A DNA stretch of 64,000 nt from the human T2T-CHM13v2.0 reference genome, Homo sapiens. The position numbers were made by a program, and so were the translations under genes. The stretch lies in the NCBI RefSeq assembly GCF_009914755.1, contig NC_060929.1; one strand, given 5' to 3'. The first letter of the stretch is position 1. Every line of letters begins with the position of its first letter. The notes beneath the pieces were generated by a model. The model did not search any database. It was given only the letters and a program-made list of their open reading frames with translations, and had not been told where the DNA came from. Positions 30,897 through 43,770 of the stretch are shown in pieces.

Positions 30897-32954
30897 CTCC
30901 TCTAACGTATTAAGAGCTATCTTCAGCAGTTTACTATGGTTGAAATCACCTGAGTACTTTATTTAGAGTAAGCATGCCAACCACCAGTCCATGGAATTCT
31001 TTTCTCCCTAAGCTTTATAATGGTTTAATTGACAAATAAATAAAAAGGGTATATATTTATAGTATAAAGCATTAGTTTTTGATGACTATACACTTTAAAA
31101 TGATTAAATCAATGTATTTAATATATTTATCACATTATTCGGTTATTTTTTTGGGGGTGAGAATACTTAAGTTCTATTCCCTTGGCAATTTTCAAGTATA
31201 CAATACATTAACTAAAGTCACCACATTGAACAATAGATGTCAAGAATTTATTACTTCTGTCTAACTAAAATTTTATATCCTTTGACCAATATCTCTCATT
31301 TCCCATTTCCATCACCAGCCCCTGTCAACAACTATTCTATTCTCTGCTTCTGTTTGATTTTTTTAGATTCCATGTATAAGTGAGAGCATGCTGTATTTGT
31401 TTTTCTATGCCTAGCTTATTTTGCTTAACATGATGTCCTGTAGTTTCACCCACATTGTTGCAAAAGACAGAATTTTCTTCCTTTTTAAGGATGAATAGTA
31501 TTCCATTGTATGTATGTCTCTCATATTTCCATTGTCTATTTATCTGTCAATGAGCACCTAGGTTATTTCCATACCTTGACTATTGTGAATAATGCTGCAG
31601 TAAACAAGGGAATGCAGATATCTCTTAAACATATTGATTTCATTACCTTTGGATATACACCCAGTAGTGAGATTGCTGGATCATGTGGTAGTTCTATTTC
31701 TAATTTTTTGAGAACTTGTTTTCAGTAATGGCTGTACTAATTTGCATTCCCATCAGCAGTTTGCAGGGTTCCCTTTTTTCCACATCCTCACCAATATTTA
31801 TCTTTTTTTTTTTTTTTTGGTAATACACATTCTAACAGATGTGAGGTGATATCTCATTGCAATTTTCACTTGCATTTTCCTGATGATTAGTGATTTAGGC
31901 ATTCAGAAATATAATTGTTGGCCATTTTTATGTCATCTTTTAAGAAATATCCTTTCATGTCCTTTGTTCATTTTTTAATCAGGTTATTTCTTTACTTACT
32001 AATAAGTGTTTGAGTTCCTTATATATTTTGAATATTAGCCCCTTATCAGATATATGGGTTGCAAATATTTCTCTTATTCCATAGGTTATCTCTTTACTCT
32101 GTTGACTGTTTCCATTGCTGTGCAAAAAGTAGCTTTTTTGTTTGTTTAATGTAATCCTATTGTCTATTTTTGCTTTTGTTGCCTATGCTTTTTACAGTTA
32201 CATATATTACATTTAAGGCTTTAATTCATTTTGAATTGATTTTTGTATATAGCATGAGTTCAATTTCATTATTCTGCATATGGCTATCCTGTTTTCTCTG
32301 TGCCATTTATTGAAAAGACTGTCCCATTGTGTGTTCTTGGCACATGTTAAAGATCAATTGTCTATAAATGCATAGTTTATTTCTTTGTTCTCTATTCCAT
32401 TTCAATGGCCTATGTCTGTTTTATGCCAGGACCATGCTGTTTTGGTTACTATAGCTTTGTAGTATATGTTGAAATTAGATAGGGTTACGCTTTCAGCTTT
32501 GTTCATTTTGCCAAAGATTGTATTGGCCATTGAAGGTCTTTTGTGATTTCATGCAAATTTTAGGATTTTTTTTTTTTCTATTGCTGTGAAAAATGTCATT
32601 GGGATTTTGATAGGTACTGCTTGGAATCTGTAGGTCACTCTGGGTACTATGAACATGTTAACAATTTTAATTCTCCCAATCTATGAACATAGGATATTTC
32701 CATCTATTAGTGTCTCCTCTTTTATTTCTTTCATCAATCTCTTATGATTTTCAACATACAGATCTTTTACCTCCTCAGTTAAATTTATTTCTGTCTATCT
32801 CTTTTTTGACACTACCATAAATGGGAATTTTTTTTGATTCTCTTTTAGATAGTTCTTGTTAGTTGTAGAACTACTACTGGTTTTTAAATGCCGATTTTAT
32901 CCTGAAACTTTACTGAAATCACTTACTAGTTTTAACAGTTTTTTGGTGGAGATT

Positions 32955-33196
32955 CATACATATATGTGTGTTCGTATATACATATATATACATGAGATAT
33001 ATACGTGTGTGTATATATATGAGAGATATATATATGTGTATATATATGAGAGATATATATATGTGTATATATATGAAAAGTCTATTGTATATATATGGTG
33101 TACACATACATGTATATATATGACACTCTACCAAAAACTATATATAGTGTATGTATATGTGTGTGAATATATATATATATAGTGTTTTATATACAT
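32955..33196. repeat. Complex (TA)n-based tandem repeat with roughly 26-bp units
   Basis: Repeated tatatatgagagatatatatatgtg-type units. Confidence 0.9.
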
Positions 33197-34957
33197 AAAT
33201 AATGTCATTTGCAAAGAGAAACTATTTTGCTTCCTGCTTTCTAATTTTAGGATGCCATGTTTCCTTTTTCTTGCCTAATTGTTCTGTTTAGGACTTCCCA
33301 CACATATTGAATAGAAGTGGATAGAGCAGATAGACATCTCTGTCTTTTTCCTGATCATAAAGAGAAAGCTTTCAGCTTTTCACAACCATGATATTAGGTC
33401 TGAGTAAGTAATATATTTGCTTTATTGTGTTAAGATACATTCCTCTATATCTAATTTTTAAAGGATTTTTATCATGAAATGATGCTAAGTTTTGTAAATA
33501 CTTTTCCTTCACCTATTGAAATTATCGTATTATTTTTATCCTTTATTTTATTATGGAATATCACATTAACTGATTTGTGTATGTTGAGCCATCCTTGCAC
33601 CTTAGGGATAAATCCCTCTTGATCATAATATATGATCCTTTTAAATGTACTGTTGAATTCAGTTTGCTAGTATTTTCTTGAGGATTTCAGCATTTGTGTT
33701 CATCAGGGATATTGGCCCTTAATTTTATCTTCTTTGGAGTGTTTTCATCTAACTTTGGCATCAGGGTAATTCTGGTCTCATAAAATGAGTTTAGAAATGT
33801 TCCTTTCTCTTCAATTTTTTAAAAAGTTTGAGAAAGGTTAGTATTATTTCATCTTTAAATGTTTAGCAGAATTCATCAGTGAAGTCATCGACTCCTATGC
33901 TTTTCTTGATTTTGATTGCTAATTCAACTCTTAATTCATTATTGGTCTGGTCAGATTTTCTACTTATTCATGATTATGTCTTTATGAAGTTTTATGTTTA
34001 TAGGAATTTGTTCATATTACCTAGGTCATCCAATTTGATGTATAATTTTTCATAATAGTCTCATGATCCTTTTTATTTCTGTTGCATAACTTTCAATGTG
34101 TTATCTTTCATTTATAATTTTATTTATTTGAGTCTTCTCTCTGTTTTTCTTAGTCTAGCTAAGGGCTTGCCAGTTTAATTTATTTTAGCAAAAATCCAAC
34201 TCTTTATTTTGTTATTTTTTTCTATTATTTTTCTAATCTCTATTTCACTGACATTTGCTCTGATTTTTATTATTTCTTTTATTCTGCTGACTTTGGGCTT
34301 AGTTTGTTCTTTTGTTTCCCTTGCCCCTTGAGGTGTAACATTAGATTCAGTCAGTCAGTAATGTTTGATTAGAGATTTTAACCTATTTACATTTAAAGTA
34401 ATTATTGATAGTTAAGGACTCACAACTGCCATTTTTAAATTGCTCTCTGACTGTTTTCTGACTCTGTTGTTTTCCTACATTCCATTCTTTTTTCTTTGCT
34501 GTCTTCCTTTGTGGTTTGAATTTTTTTTTGTAGTGGCAGTACGCTTTTCTAAATCCTTTTAACTTTTTTATATTTTGATCAGATACTCCTTATTTGTTAC
34601 AGTTTCTGGTTACCATAGGGTGTACATAAAATATTTTACAGGTATAACTATTTGTTTTATGCTGATAACCACTTAACTTCCATTGCATATGGAAACTCTA
34701 GATTTTAACTTCTCTTCATCCCACATTTACTTAACATATTACTGTAGCTATAGTTATTTTTTCATACTTTTGTTGAGTTGTATAGTACATTTAAAAATGA
34801 TTTAATCATCACTATTATAGTAATAGAGTATTCCAAATTTGACTATGTATTTGACCACGTATTTACTTTTACCACTGAGTTTTATACTTTCATATGTTTT
34901 CATGTGGTTAGTTAGCAACCTTTCAATTCAACATTAAGACCTCCCTTTAGCATTTCT

Positions 34958-35049
34958 CTCTCTTTTTAAGCAAAAAAGCAGAGATTTATTAAAAATGAAA
35001 GTACACTCCACAGTGTGGGAGCAGGCCTAAGCATAATGGCTTAAGATCT
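34958..35049 (-). mobile_element. Short TSD-flanked insertion resembling an ERV LTR (MER61-like) poly(A) region
   Basis: Exact 16-bp direct repeat tccctttagcatttct (34942-34957 / 35050-35065) flanks gcagagatttattaaaaatgaaagtacactccacagtgtgggagcagg. Confidence 0.65.
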
Positions 35050-35897
35050 TCCCTTTAGCATTTCTTGTAAGTCAGGTCTAGTGGTGGTGAATTCCCTCAG
35101 CTTTTATTGTTCTGGAAAAGTCTTTTTTCTTTTTTCTGATGGATGGACTTCTCAGGTGTAGTATTCTTGGCTGGCAGTTTCTTTCTTTCAGCACGTTAAA
35201 TATATCATTCTACTGTCTCTTGGCCTGCAAAATTTCTGCTCCTAGTCTTATAGAGGTTCCCCTATAGTGATGAATTGCTTTTCTCTTACTGCTTTCAAAA
35301 TTCTCTCTTGCCTTTGACTTTTGTGAATTTGATTGTAGTGTTTTCAGTGAAGACTTCCTTACATCTTATCTATTTGGTGTTACTTATGCTTCATGGATCT
35401 GGATATTCATTTCTCTCTCCAGATTTGGGAAACTTTCTGTCATTATTTCTTTAAATAAGCTTTCTACCCCTTTATCTTTCTCTGTTCCTTCTGGGACTCT
35501 CATAATGCATAGATTGGTTTGCTTCATGGTGTTCTGTAATTCCAATAGGCTTTCTTCACTGTTTTGTATTCTTTTTTATTTTCACTCTTCTGACTGGGTA
35601 ATTTTGAATGCCCTGCCTTCAAGCTCACTGATTCTTTCTTCTGTTTGATCTACTCTGCAGTTGAAGTTCTCTATGAAATTTTTCAGTTTAATTATTGTGT
35701 TATTTAGCTCTAAAATTTATTTCTTTTTTATGGCTTGTATCTCTATTGTATTCTCATTTTGTTTGTGTATTATTTTTGTTATTTTTCTGATTTTGTTTAG
35801 CTGTCTGTGTACTCGTGTAGCTTATTGAGCTTCAAGATGACTAATTTGAATTATGTGTCAGGCAGTTCACAAGTCTCCATTTTTCTCCTGTTTTTCC

Positions 35898-36043
35898 TTT
35901 TTTTTTTTTTTTTTTTAATTGAGATGGCCTCTGACTATGTTGCCTAGGCTGGCCTTGAATTCCTGGGCTCAAATGATCCTACTGCCTCAGCCTGCCAAGC
36001 CTCTCAAGTAGCTGGAATTACAAATACACAACACCACACCTGG
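35898..36043 (-). mobile_element. Alu monomer (FLAM-like)
   Basis: Poly(T) plus a single Alu arm, flanked by agtctccattt repeats. Confidence 0.8.
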
Positions 36044-38399
36044 TGAGTCTCCATTTCTTTAGAATCAGTTACTGGTGTTTTATTGCGTTGCTTTGGTGGT
36101 GTCATGTTTTCCTGATTATTTGTAATCCTTGTGCCCAGGCATTGGATCTGCACTTTTGAAGAAGTAGACATTTATTCCAGTCCTTACATACTTGACTAAC
36201 CCAGTGCCTGGGTCAGCAGATGGGCTGGCCTGATTCATGGGTCTACAGGAGCTGGCCTAAAGCCTGGATCCACTGTGATAGGCCTGGATCCTGTGTTCAC
36301 CTTGGCTAGCCTGGTGCCAAGGTCCACTGAGATGGACTTTTTGACTGAGCCCATGAGAGTAGGCCTGGACCCTGAGTTTGTGGGGGCCAACCTCAAGCCT
36401 ATGTTCATGGGGGTTGAGATGGTGCTGGGGCAGGCCTTGAGCACTTTTGGGGTGGGCCTTGTTTCTGCATCTGCAGAGGTGGTTCTAAAGCATGGGTCTG
36501 CAGGGGCCAGGACTGCATTGGGGTCTACTGGAGTGAGCCTGGACCTTACGTCCATTGGAACCTAGGGCTATGGGGACTACTCTGGAGCCTGGGAATACAG
36601 GGGACAGGTCTGGAACTTGTATTTGCAAGGGCTGGCCTGGAAGTTGGGTCTGTGAGTATCAGCCTGGTGCCTCAGGCTGCAAGTTCCCAGCCCAGTGCCT
36701 AGGGCTGCAGGTGCTGGCCTGAAACTAAGGTTTTTGGGTTCCAGTCTTGTGTAACACAGGATTGGGGGCATAGTCTGTGGGTGCCAGCCTGAAGTGCAGG
36801 GCTTTGGGACTCAACCTGTAGTTGCAGCAGGCCTGGAGTTTCCTCCACAGGTGTCTGCCTAGAGCCTGATGCTAAGAGGGTCAGCCTAGAGCTGTATTTT
36901 ACTGAGACAGACTTGGTTTCGAGTCAATGGCAATCAGGTTCTTGCTTAGAGTTCATTCCTTCACATGGAGGGTATCTCTCTGCACTGTTCTGCCAGACTT
37001 TGGGGAAGGGTGATGCAGGTCATGTGAAATTATACTTCCTACCCTCTTCAATGTGTCTTTTCTTATTTCTCTGCTACTTCCATGTGCTATATTCTTTCAG
37101 TGTAATGTCTCTAGCTCTCCTGAAGGTATTTTCACACATGGATGGTCAAATAAATGTTTCTGTGAGGGAAGAAGTGCTGAAAACTCCTATTCCTCTATTT
37201 TGCTGATGTCTTCTAATCCCTGGAATTCTAATTCAGGGCCTCAGAATGTATATTTTTAATAAGAACACCAAGTGATTTTGAGTCATATAACCAATGAAAT
37301 ATATTTAAAAATATACTGGCTTACACTAAATTGCCACACATGCATAATGTTGCAGTTCTCTATCTTTGCCTTTTCTATTTGACTATAATTATTTATGTTT
37401 TTAATTATTCGTATCTCCTTTCAATAGCTCCCTACTGGAATCTCTTCTAGTTCACCAACTTTGTCAAGTACATACTGTGTTTGAAAACAGGTAACCATGT
37501 TACAATTGTATCTAAAATAAAAATTTAAAGTCTCAGCAAAGTTTTAAGACTTCCTTAAGAACATTTCTTATTTTTGTTGAATTGCCTCTAACAAGTTAAT
37601 TTTGACTTCTCAAGTGTCATTTTGACTTTTTTGATTTTGTTTTATTTTACTCAGTTTCCAGTGTAGGTCAAGCTTGCTGAATACTTGACTTCGGAATTAG
37701 AAGGCATTGCTCTATACTTTTATCAAACAGATATTTGTTACTCTTAAATATTAAAGTCTATCATTATGGTTTTTTTGAATTACTGAATCTACTCAGTGAA
37801 ACCATAAAACATATAAACACTTTAAAGTATGTATCACACAAAACATAATATACAATAAAATCATTTAACGTTTACTCTGATTAAGACTTCAGAAATTAGG
37901 CAGTACAATATCCTCATTTAACAGATGAATAAATTATTATTCAGGAAGATCTGATAAGTTTTCCAAAGTTATAAAAACATGTCTAGACTTTCCCAACACT
38001 TTGACCACATCTCATACCACCACGGCATCTCAAGTCCCTATATCTCTTATTTATTCAACAAATATTGAAAGGTTATTGTGTTCTAGGCACTGTTATATCA
38101 TTGAACAAAAGAGAAAATATGAAGTGTAGATTTAACTGAAATAAGAGTGGCTTGATGTTCTCTAATGGTGCAAAAATTTTCTTCAAATTTAACCAACTTT
38201 TACTGTGGAGGTAGAAAGGGTTACAAGGTCAAGAAATTTTTTTGTATATGTACCTGGGCAAAATTATTTCCCAAACTAAAATTCTGCTAATTATCATTCT
38301 TTATTTGGGAACTATTACATATTTAACTCACTGACTCAAATACATAAATTCTATGGTACTTTAGTTTCTAAAATTTTTACTATATAACTAGATAATCCT

Positions 38400-38620
38400 T
38401 TTATTATTTTTTTATTTTTTGTTTTTTCTTTTGTTTTTGAAAGAGTCTCACTCTGTCACCCAGGCTGGGACAATGATGACTCACTGTAGCCTCGACCTTT
38501 CAGGCTCAAGAGACCCTCCCACCTCAGCCTTCTGAATAGCTGGGACTACAAGTATGTGACACCATACTCGGCTATTTTTTTATTTTTTAAAATTTTACTT
38601 ATAGAGATGTGGTCTCTATT
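38400..38620 (-). mobile_element. Partial AluJ-like element
   Basis: agagtctcactctgtcacccaggctgg...gctgggactacaag. Confidence 0.85.
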
Positions 38621-38758
38621 TTGCAGGTTAAGCCTCCTTTACTCATCAAAGTACTTATTTAATTCATGGTTTAAAATTATAATTCTACATTACTATTAAC
38701 AACCATAACTTTTAGAAATAATTTTATTTCTCTAAGTTTTTTAATAAGTATCACTTAC

Positions 38759-38896
38759 ATATTCCTACCAATAAGAAAGCCATTTTTGTCTTGTTATATA
38801 TCCAACAACGTCCTGTGTGTCCACATTTATTAACATCCCGTAAAATACAAGAAGTTTCTCCTGACATTTTAAAGATTGATGGTCCAGGAATAGTCC
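38759..38896 (-). CDS. SLCO6A1: SLCO6A1 internal coding exon (end of TM11, last extracellular loop, start of TM12)
   Basis: tttttcatag|GG...ATA T|gtaagt; 138 nt; (G)TIPGPSIFKMSGETSCILRDVNKCGHTGRCWIYNKTKMAFLLVGI; phases match both neighbours. Confidence 0.93.
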
Positions 38897-39977
38897 CTAT
38901 GAAAAATGCAATGATTGTAAATTCTTTGTGAAAACACTATTCTCTTAAACATGTAATGCACACACAGATAATATATATGAATGACGACTCATCATTCAAA
39001 ACATATCACTTAAAATTAGCTAATAATTTATTTATAAATAGGATTGTTAATCACTGGAAACAATGTGAGTTTTCAAAAACAATCCATATCCCTCTAGGTA
39101 TGAAACAATTAGTAGTTTTGCTTCTGTTTAGAATGTTGTACATGTTGCTATTTAAACGACATCTCAATACTTTTATTGGCTTTTATGTGAAAAACTTAGG
39201 AGAAAGTACTTAAAACAGAGATACCAAATACTGATTCTGTGAAGTTAGTATGTCTTCAAATATCTTTAATTGTAAAATTTTCAACGACTGAAAAATGAGT
39301 TTGCAAATGTATATCTGTTATTTATCAAGACATTGAGAAAAATAACTGAAAATGCAAATACACTGGCATGTTTATAGTAGCCCCAGATTCAGATGACCTC
39401 AGATCCAGAGGACCAGCTGTGCTGCCTGAGGGAAACCTCTACATAGTCTCAGACAAAAATCTCCACAGCAGCAATGATACTTTCAGCCAAAAGTGAGTGA
39501 ACAGTCACACACCCCGCCCCCCACCCCCACACACACAGAGTTGCCCCCAAACACACCAGACTCAGATTCTCAGAACTAAAAACTCTGATGGTGGATCATC
39601 TTTCTTGACCAAATATCAGGACCTTCTTGCCTAAATGACTCTTGATTCTTGCCAATGTGCATTATCTAGATTCGCTCCTCTTGGTGAGTGATAGTACTAT
39701 TTTTAATTACTCAAGTTTAAAAAACAATTGACTACTATTCATTTTTTCCATTTTTTACCATCTTTTTTCAATCCATCATACATCTTTGTAACATTAACTC
39801 CAAACATATTTTGGATATGTTGTTTTCTCTCTATTTGTACTACAAACCCTAGAATCCACTTTAATATAACTGTTAGACTTCAGCAAAAGCCTCCCTTTTC
39901 TTTTCCTCCACATTTATCTCCTGTATTTTTTCTTCTATCAGCAGAGTTACCTTTTACTTTTTATTTTTAAAAACTGT

Positions 39978-40113
39978 TATTATTATTATTTTTAGAGACA
40001 CAGTCTTGTTATATTGCCAAGGCTGGTCTCCAACTCCTGGCCTCAAGCCATCCTCCCTCCTCACTCAGCCTCCCCAAGTGCTGGGATTACAAATATGAGC
40101 ACTGTGCCTAGCC
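39978..40113 (-). mobile_element. Alu monomer (FLAM_C-like)
   Basis: Single Alu left arm with a (TTA)n tail. Confidence 0.8.
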
Positions 40114-41051
40114 GGGGTTATCTTTTAAATGTAAATCAAATAATATCTATCATATGCTTAAAATTATCTGGCAGAAAAACCCTAAAATATCTATAGACAG
40201 TTTATGTCTATAATATTTAATATCATCTTATTCTACCCTCTCCCATTCAAAAATACATCAGCCTTACTGGCTCCCTTTCCGATGCAGGAAACTTCCTGTG
40301 TACTGACTGACTGTTTCCTATGCTACCTCTTCCATTACAAATCTCTTACCTAGTGAATCATTGTCCAAAACAAAAATATTATCTAATTTTTCCCAGTTAA
40401 AAAGCTAATTTTAATCACACAAGTAGATCTAGCTATAGAATTTCTCTGATCTCTATCAGAGCCGCACTTAGATTTTTCTACATTTTTAAATTATATGCCT
40501 TTCAGTCTTTAATCCAAGAATTTAGTAAATCAGAGGTTCTAAAATGGTCATAATGTGCATTTGAAATCTAGTTTTTGCTATTTAAGAAATTCAAAGAAAA
40601 TAGTACATTACCTCCCAACATTTATTTGTTCTTAGAAACAAATAAATCTTTGAAAACATTAGATTCAATGTCTTTGGTGATGAAAACATTTAAAAATGTT
40701 AGTCTAGGTTAGTAACTTCCCAAACACGCAAGCAATGTAAAGTATTACAAGAGTTTTGTATGAGCCTACCAAACCACTCATATGAGATGATTACTATATT
40801 TCAAATCAAATTTGTTGTCTCTTCTGATCAAATATAATATGCATATTTTATTTGATAATTTGATAATTAGAATGAGCTTTGCATTAGGTATTCCCTCTTT
40901 ACATTGTCTCCTAAATTCTGCAAAGCAGCTCCCCCTTTCACTCGCTTTGTGTCATTTACTATTATTTATTTGTAATACTAAATACACATGTAGACATATA
41001 TACATATCAAAAAACATTTTGATGTAATAAGAGATTGCCAAAAATCCATAC

Positions 41052-41116
41052 CAAATATTCTCAAAATCACATAGCTTACACCCAAGGCCAGAGAACGCAG
41101 TTTGTCAGGTACAACC
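41052..41116 (-). CDS. SLCO6A1: SLCO6A1 internal coding exon (TM11)
   Basis: tttactttcag|G...TTT G|gtatgg; 65 nt; (R)VVPDKLRSLALGVSYVILRIF(G) carries the OATP RSLALG...R motif. Confidence 0.93.
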
Positions 41117-41469
41117 CTGAAAGTAAATAGCAATGATATAATCAGCACATCATTGTTATTAGCACTAAGAATGTATGCTAGATTCAAGGCTAATCATTTT
41201 TTTTTTCTGGTGCATCAATTGTACTAAGAATCTTTAGCCAATTGACAGAGTTTAAGCTGGCCTGTTAAAGGACTACAACTCCCCATTTCTCCATATCCTG
41301 CCCCTTGCCAGCCATTTCCAAAGGTCCTTAGTCTTCCCAAAGAAGAAGGTTTTTATGGCCCAAATCCTCTTCCCCAGCTCCCATTCCTTTGCTGGAAAGA
41401 CTTAGCACTAGATTTTATACTTACCGGTTTTCATTCTATCATGTACACTCATTATTTTAGAGTTCTTTT

Positions 41470-41878
41470 TGCCCCTGTGAGATTCACTCTCCACATTTTT
41501 CTACCTTGCTTTCTGCCCCGGGAGGCTGAGGTAAATGGACTATATCAATGGGCTCTCTTGTCTTCTGGCTACTGATTGGGACACTTCTGAATGAGTGAGG
41601 AAAGTGAGGTCAAGATTTGTATTCAAAGGTTCCCTCCCAGCAGTTACCCAGGGTGACAGTGTTCCATGGGTGAAGGAGTCCTCTCTACAGGATTCCTTTT
41701 TTCTTCCCAGCCCTTGTTTCTCTTCGGGCCTGGAGTGGAAGGATACCAGAGGTAATGCACTATTATTTGGGATTCCTTACACCTTACCTACATTTTAAAT
41801 AGTCACTTAATTCAACCTTACTCAAATTGTTCTAATTTGAGGGTGCCCCCTCTTTCATGTTTGACCTGTGACTACTAC
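41470..41878. mobile_element. Old ERVL-type LTR (LTR33-like)
   Basis: ctgccccgggaggctga...ggctctcttgtcttctggct...gattggg resembles the LTR33 consensus as I recall it. Confidence 0.5.
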
Positions 41879-43019
41879 ACTCACTATTTAAAAGCTAAAA
41901 TAAATGAAAAATAACTTTTCCAAATATAAAGAATGAAGATCTGTTTTTCCTACTGATCAAACCAAGCATTTGTTTAAAAAAGAAAAAAATGTATAACCGT
42001 ACATATTAGGAGTTTGGAAAATAAATAAAAATACAATTAAAAATAATCCTTGAACATTTTAAAAAGTTAAAAAATAAGAACTACATTATTAATGGGCATT
42101 TTAAATAAACTCAATACTTACTTTTTGTTTATTTGCCTTCAAACTCGAACAATAAACTATATTATGACCAATATTTCATCCAACATGATTCTATTTATAA
42201 AAATACAGCACATACACAGTATTTTGTAATATTTTGCAAAAAGTGAGATAATTCTACCCATATCAACCTGGTAAAAATATATATGTCTTCCTCATATATT
42301 TACTATTAGAAAAATAAAAACAAATTAACCAATTCTCAAATGATAACTAAATTTTTAAATAAAAAATAATTTACACTTTCATTATGAGCAGATTCACTAA
42401 AGAGAGTTTAAAAAGTCACGTTTTAGAATCACACTTTAGTGTAGTTTTTGATATAAAAGTGGAAATGTTGCCTAATTATAATTCAGTGTTCTCCTTTATT
42501 TAGCATAAGTAATTTTCTTTTATGTCATATGATATTGGAGCTATGTGAAGCACATATATAGCTGACCATTATTCATAAGTATAATCATTAAGCAGTATTT
42601 ATGTATCTTCAGTTTGATTGCCACCCTCTTTCTAACATACAAAACAAGATGAAAAGATAAATAATTTCCAGGATTTTCCAAAATTATTTCAGTGAATAGC
42701 ACAAAAATAGCTAAGAAATACGAATACACAACTAAGATTTTAATGAAAAACTACTGTGCTTTAACAAAAAAGCATTAACATTTTTAAAATCTAATCTATA
42801 ATAGAATAGTTAAGAATTTCATGAAATAAACAACAAAAAAAAAACTTGTCAATACTCTCCCAACATGTAAAAGGAAGCTTTCACTCTTTTTATATGGCCT
42901 CTAAATTTATATTTTTAATCCATATCTTTCTTATAAGACATCGGTTCTAAATATAAGTTGCTGTCTTGCACAAAATTTATTCTTCCCCTAGAGCTCCCCG
43001 TTTCAAAATAAAAAAACAT

Positions 43020-43770
43020 GGAACATTTGTTTACGCACTTCTCAAGCCCAAATCTTGGAAAAAGGCATTTTCAAAATGACCTTTTTTTCTCATTCACCAC
43101 ACCTAATCAGTAGATCCAATACTGTCATTAAAAAATTTTTTTCATATCTCTTTTTTTATCTCTAATACCACTGCCCAATTTCAAGCGTATAGCTTCATGA
43201 AATAAATGAAACAATTTATCTCCCAATAACCACCCTTATCCCTTCTGTGCATTCTCCATATAAGAACGAAAGTGATATTTTAAGATGAAATTCTGATTAT
43301 TCTAATGCCTCACATTAGGATCCTTCAATGGCTTCCCATTGTTCTAAGAATTAAATCTAGAATTGCAAAGAAAATTTAAAATGGTCAGCCTGATCTAATC
43401 AGTGTTATTTCATGCCACTTCTCAACTTTTGCCCCCATCACCCTCCATGCTCATTACATTCTGTAATATGACATGCTTACAAAGCTACTTCTCCCTCCAG
43501 ACTTTTTGCATCTGTTGTTCCCACTGTGTGAAATACTTATCTTCCATCCTTCAGGGTTTGGTTCAAATGTAATTTCTTCAGGAATACCCTCCCCGAATCC
43601 CCAGAATAAGTTAGACTATCATGTAATTTTCTCATTGTGTTTTTCTATTTTGTTTGGAGTATATTTTAATAGTACAATTCAATATTTATTAGTAAAACTA
43701 CATTTTTTTTTCTGTCTACCTTGTTACATCTAACATGCATCAGAGGAGTAGAGACCTGGTCATTTGTGTT
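43020..43770 (+). mobile_element. Degenerate L2 fragment
   Basis: atccttcaatggcttcccattg, actttttgcatctgttgttccc and ggttcaaatgtaatttcttcagg are typical L2 motifs. Confidence 0.6.

Larger units (their letters stand above)
31001..37216 (-). mobile_element. Long old L1 (L1MA7/8-like) retaining both ends, with internal deletions and nested insertions
   Basis: L1MA-type 3' end at about 31010; ORF2, ORF1 and a GC-rich repetitive 5' UTR; 5' terminus gacatcagcaaaatagaggaatagga; probable TSD tccatggaattct 30988-31000 / tccctggaattct 37217-37229. Confidence 0.85.

Noticed and set aside
36235-36771. Pro-rich repetitive ORFs in a GC-rich island
   Set aside because: They lie within the repetitive 5' UTR of an old L1, which is CpG-depleted and has no splice support.
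41417-41428. Strong minus-strand splice donor CCG|GTAAGT about 300 bp upstream of the TM11 exon
   Set aside because: No convincing acceptor or reading frame upstream; isolated donor matches are common in introns.
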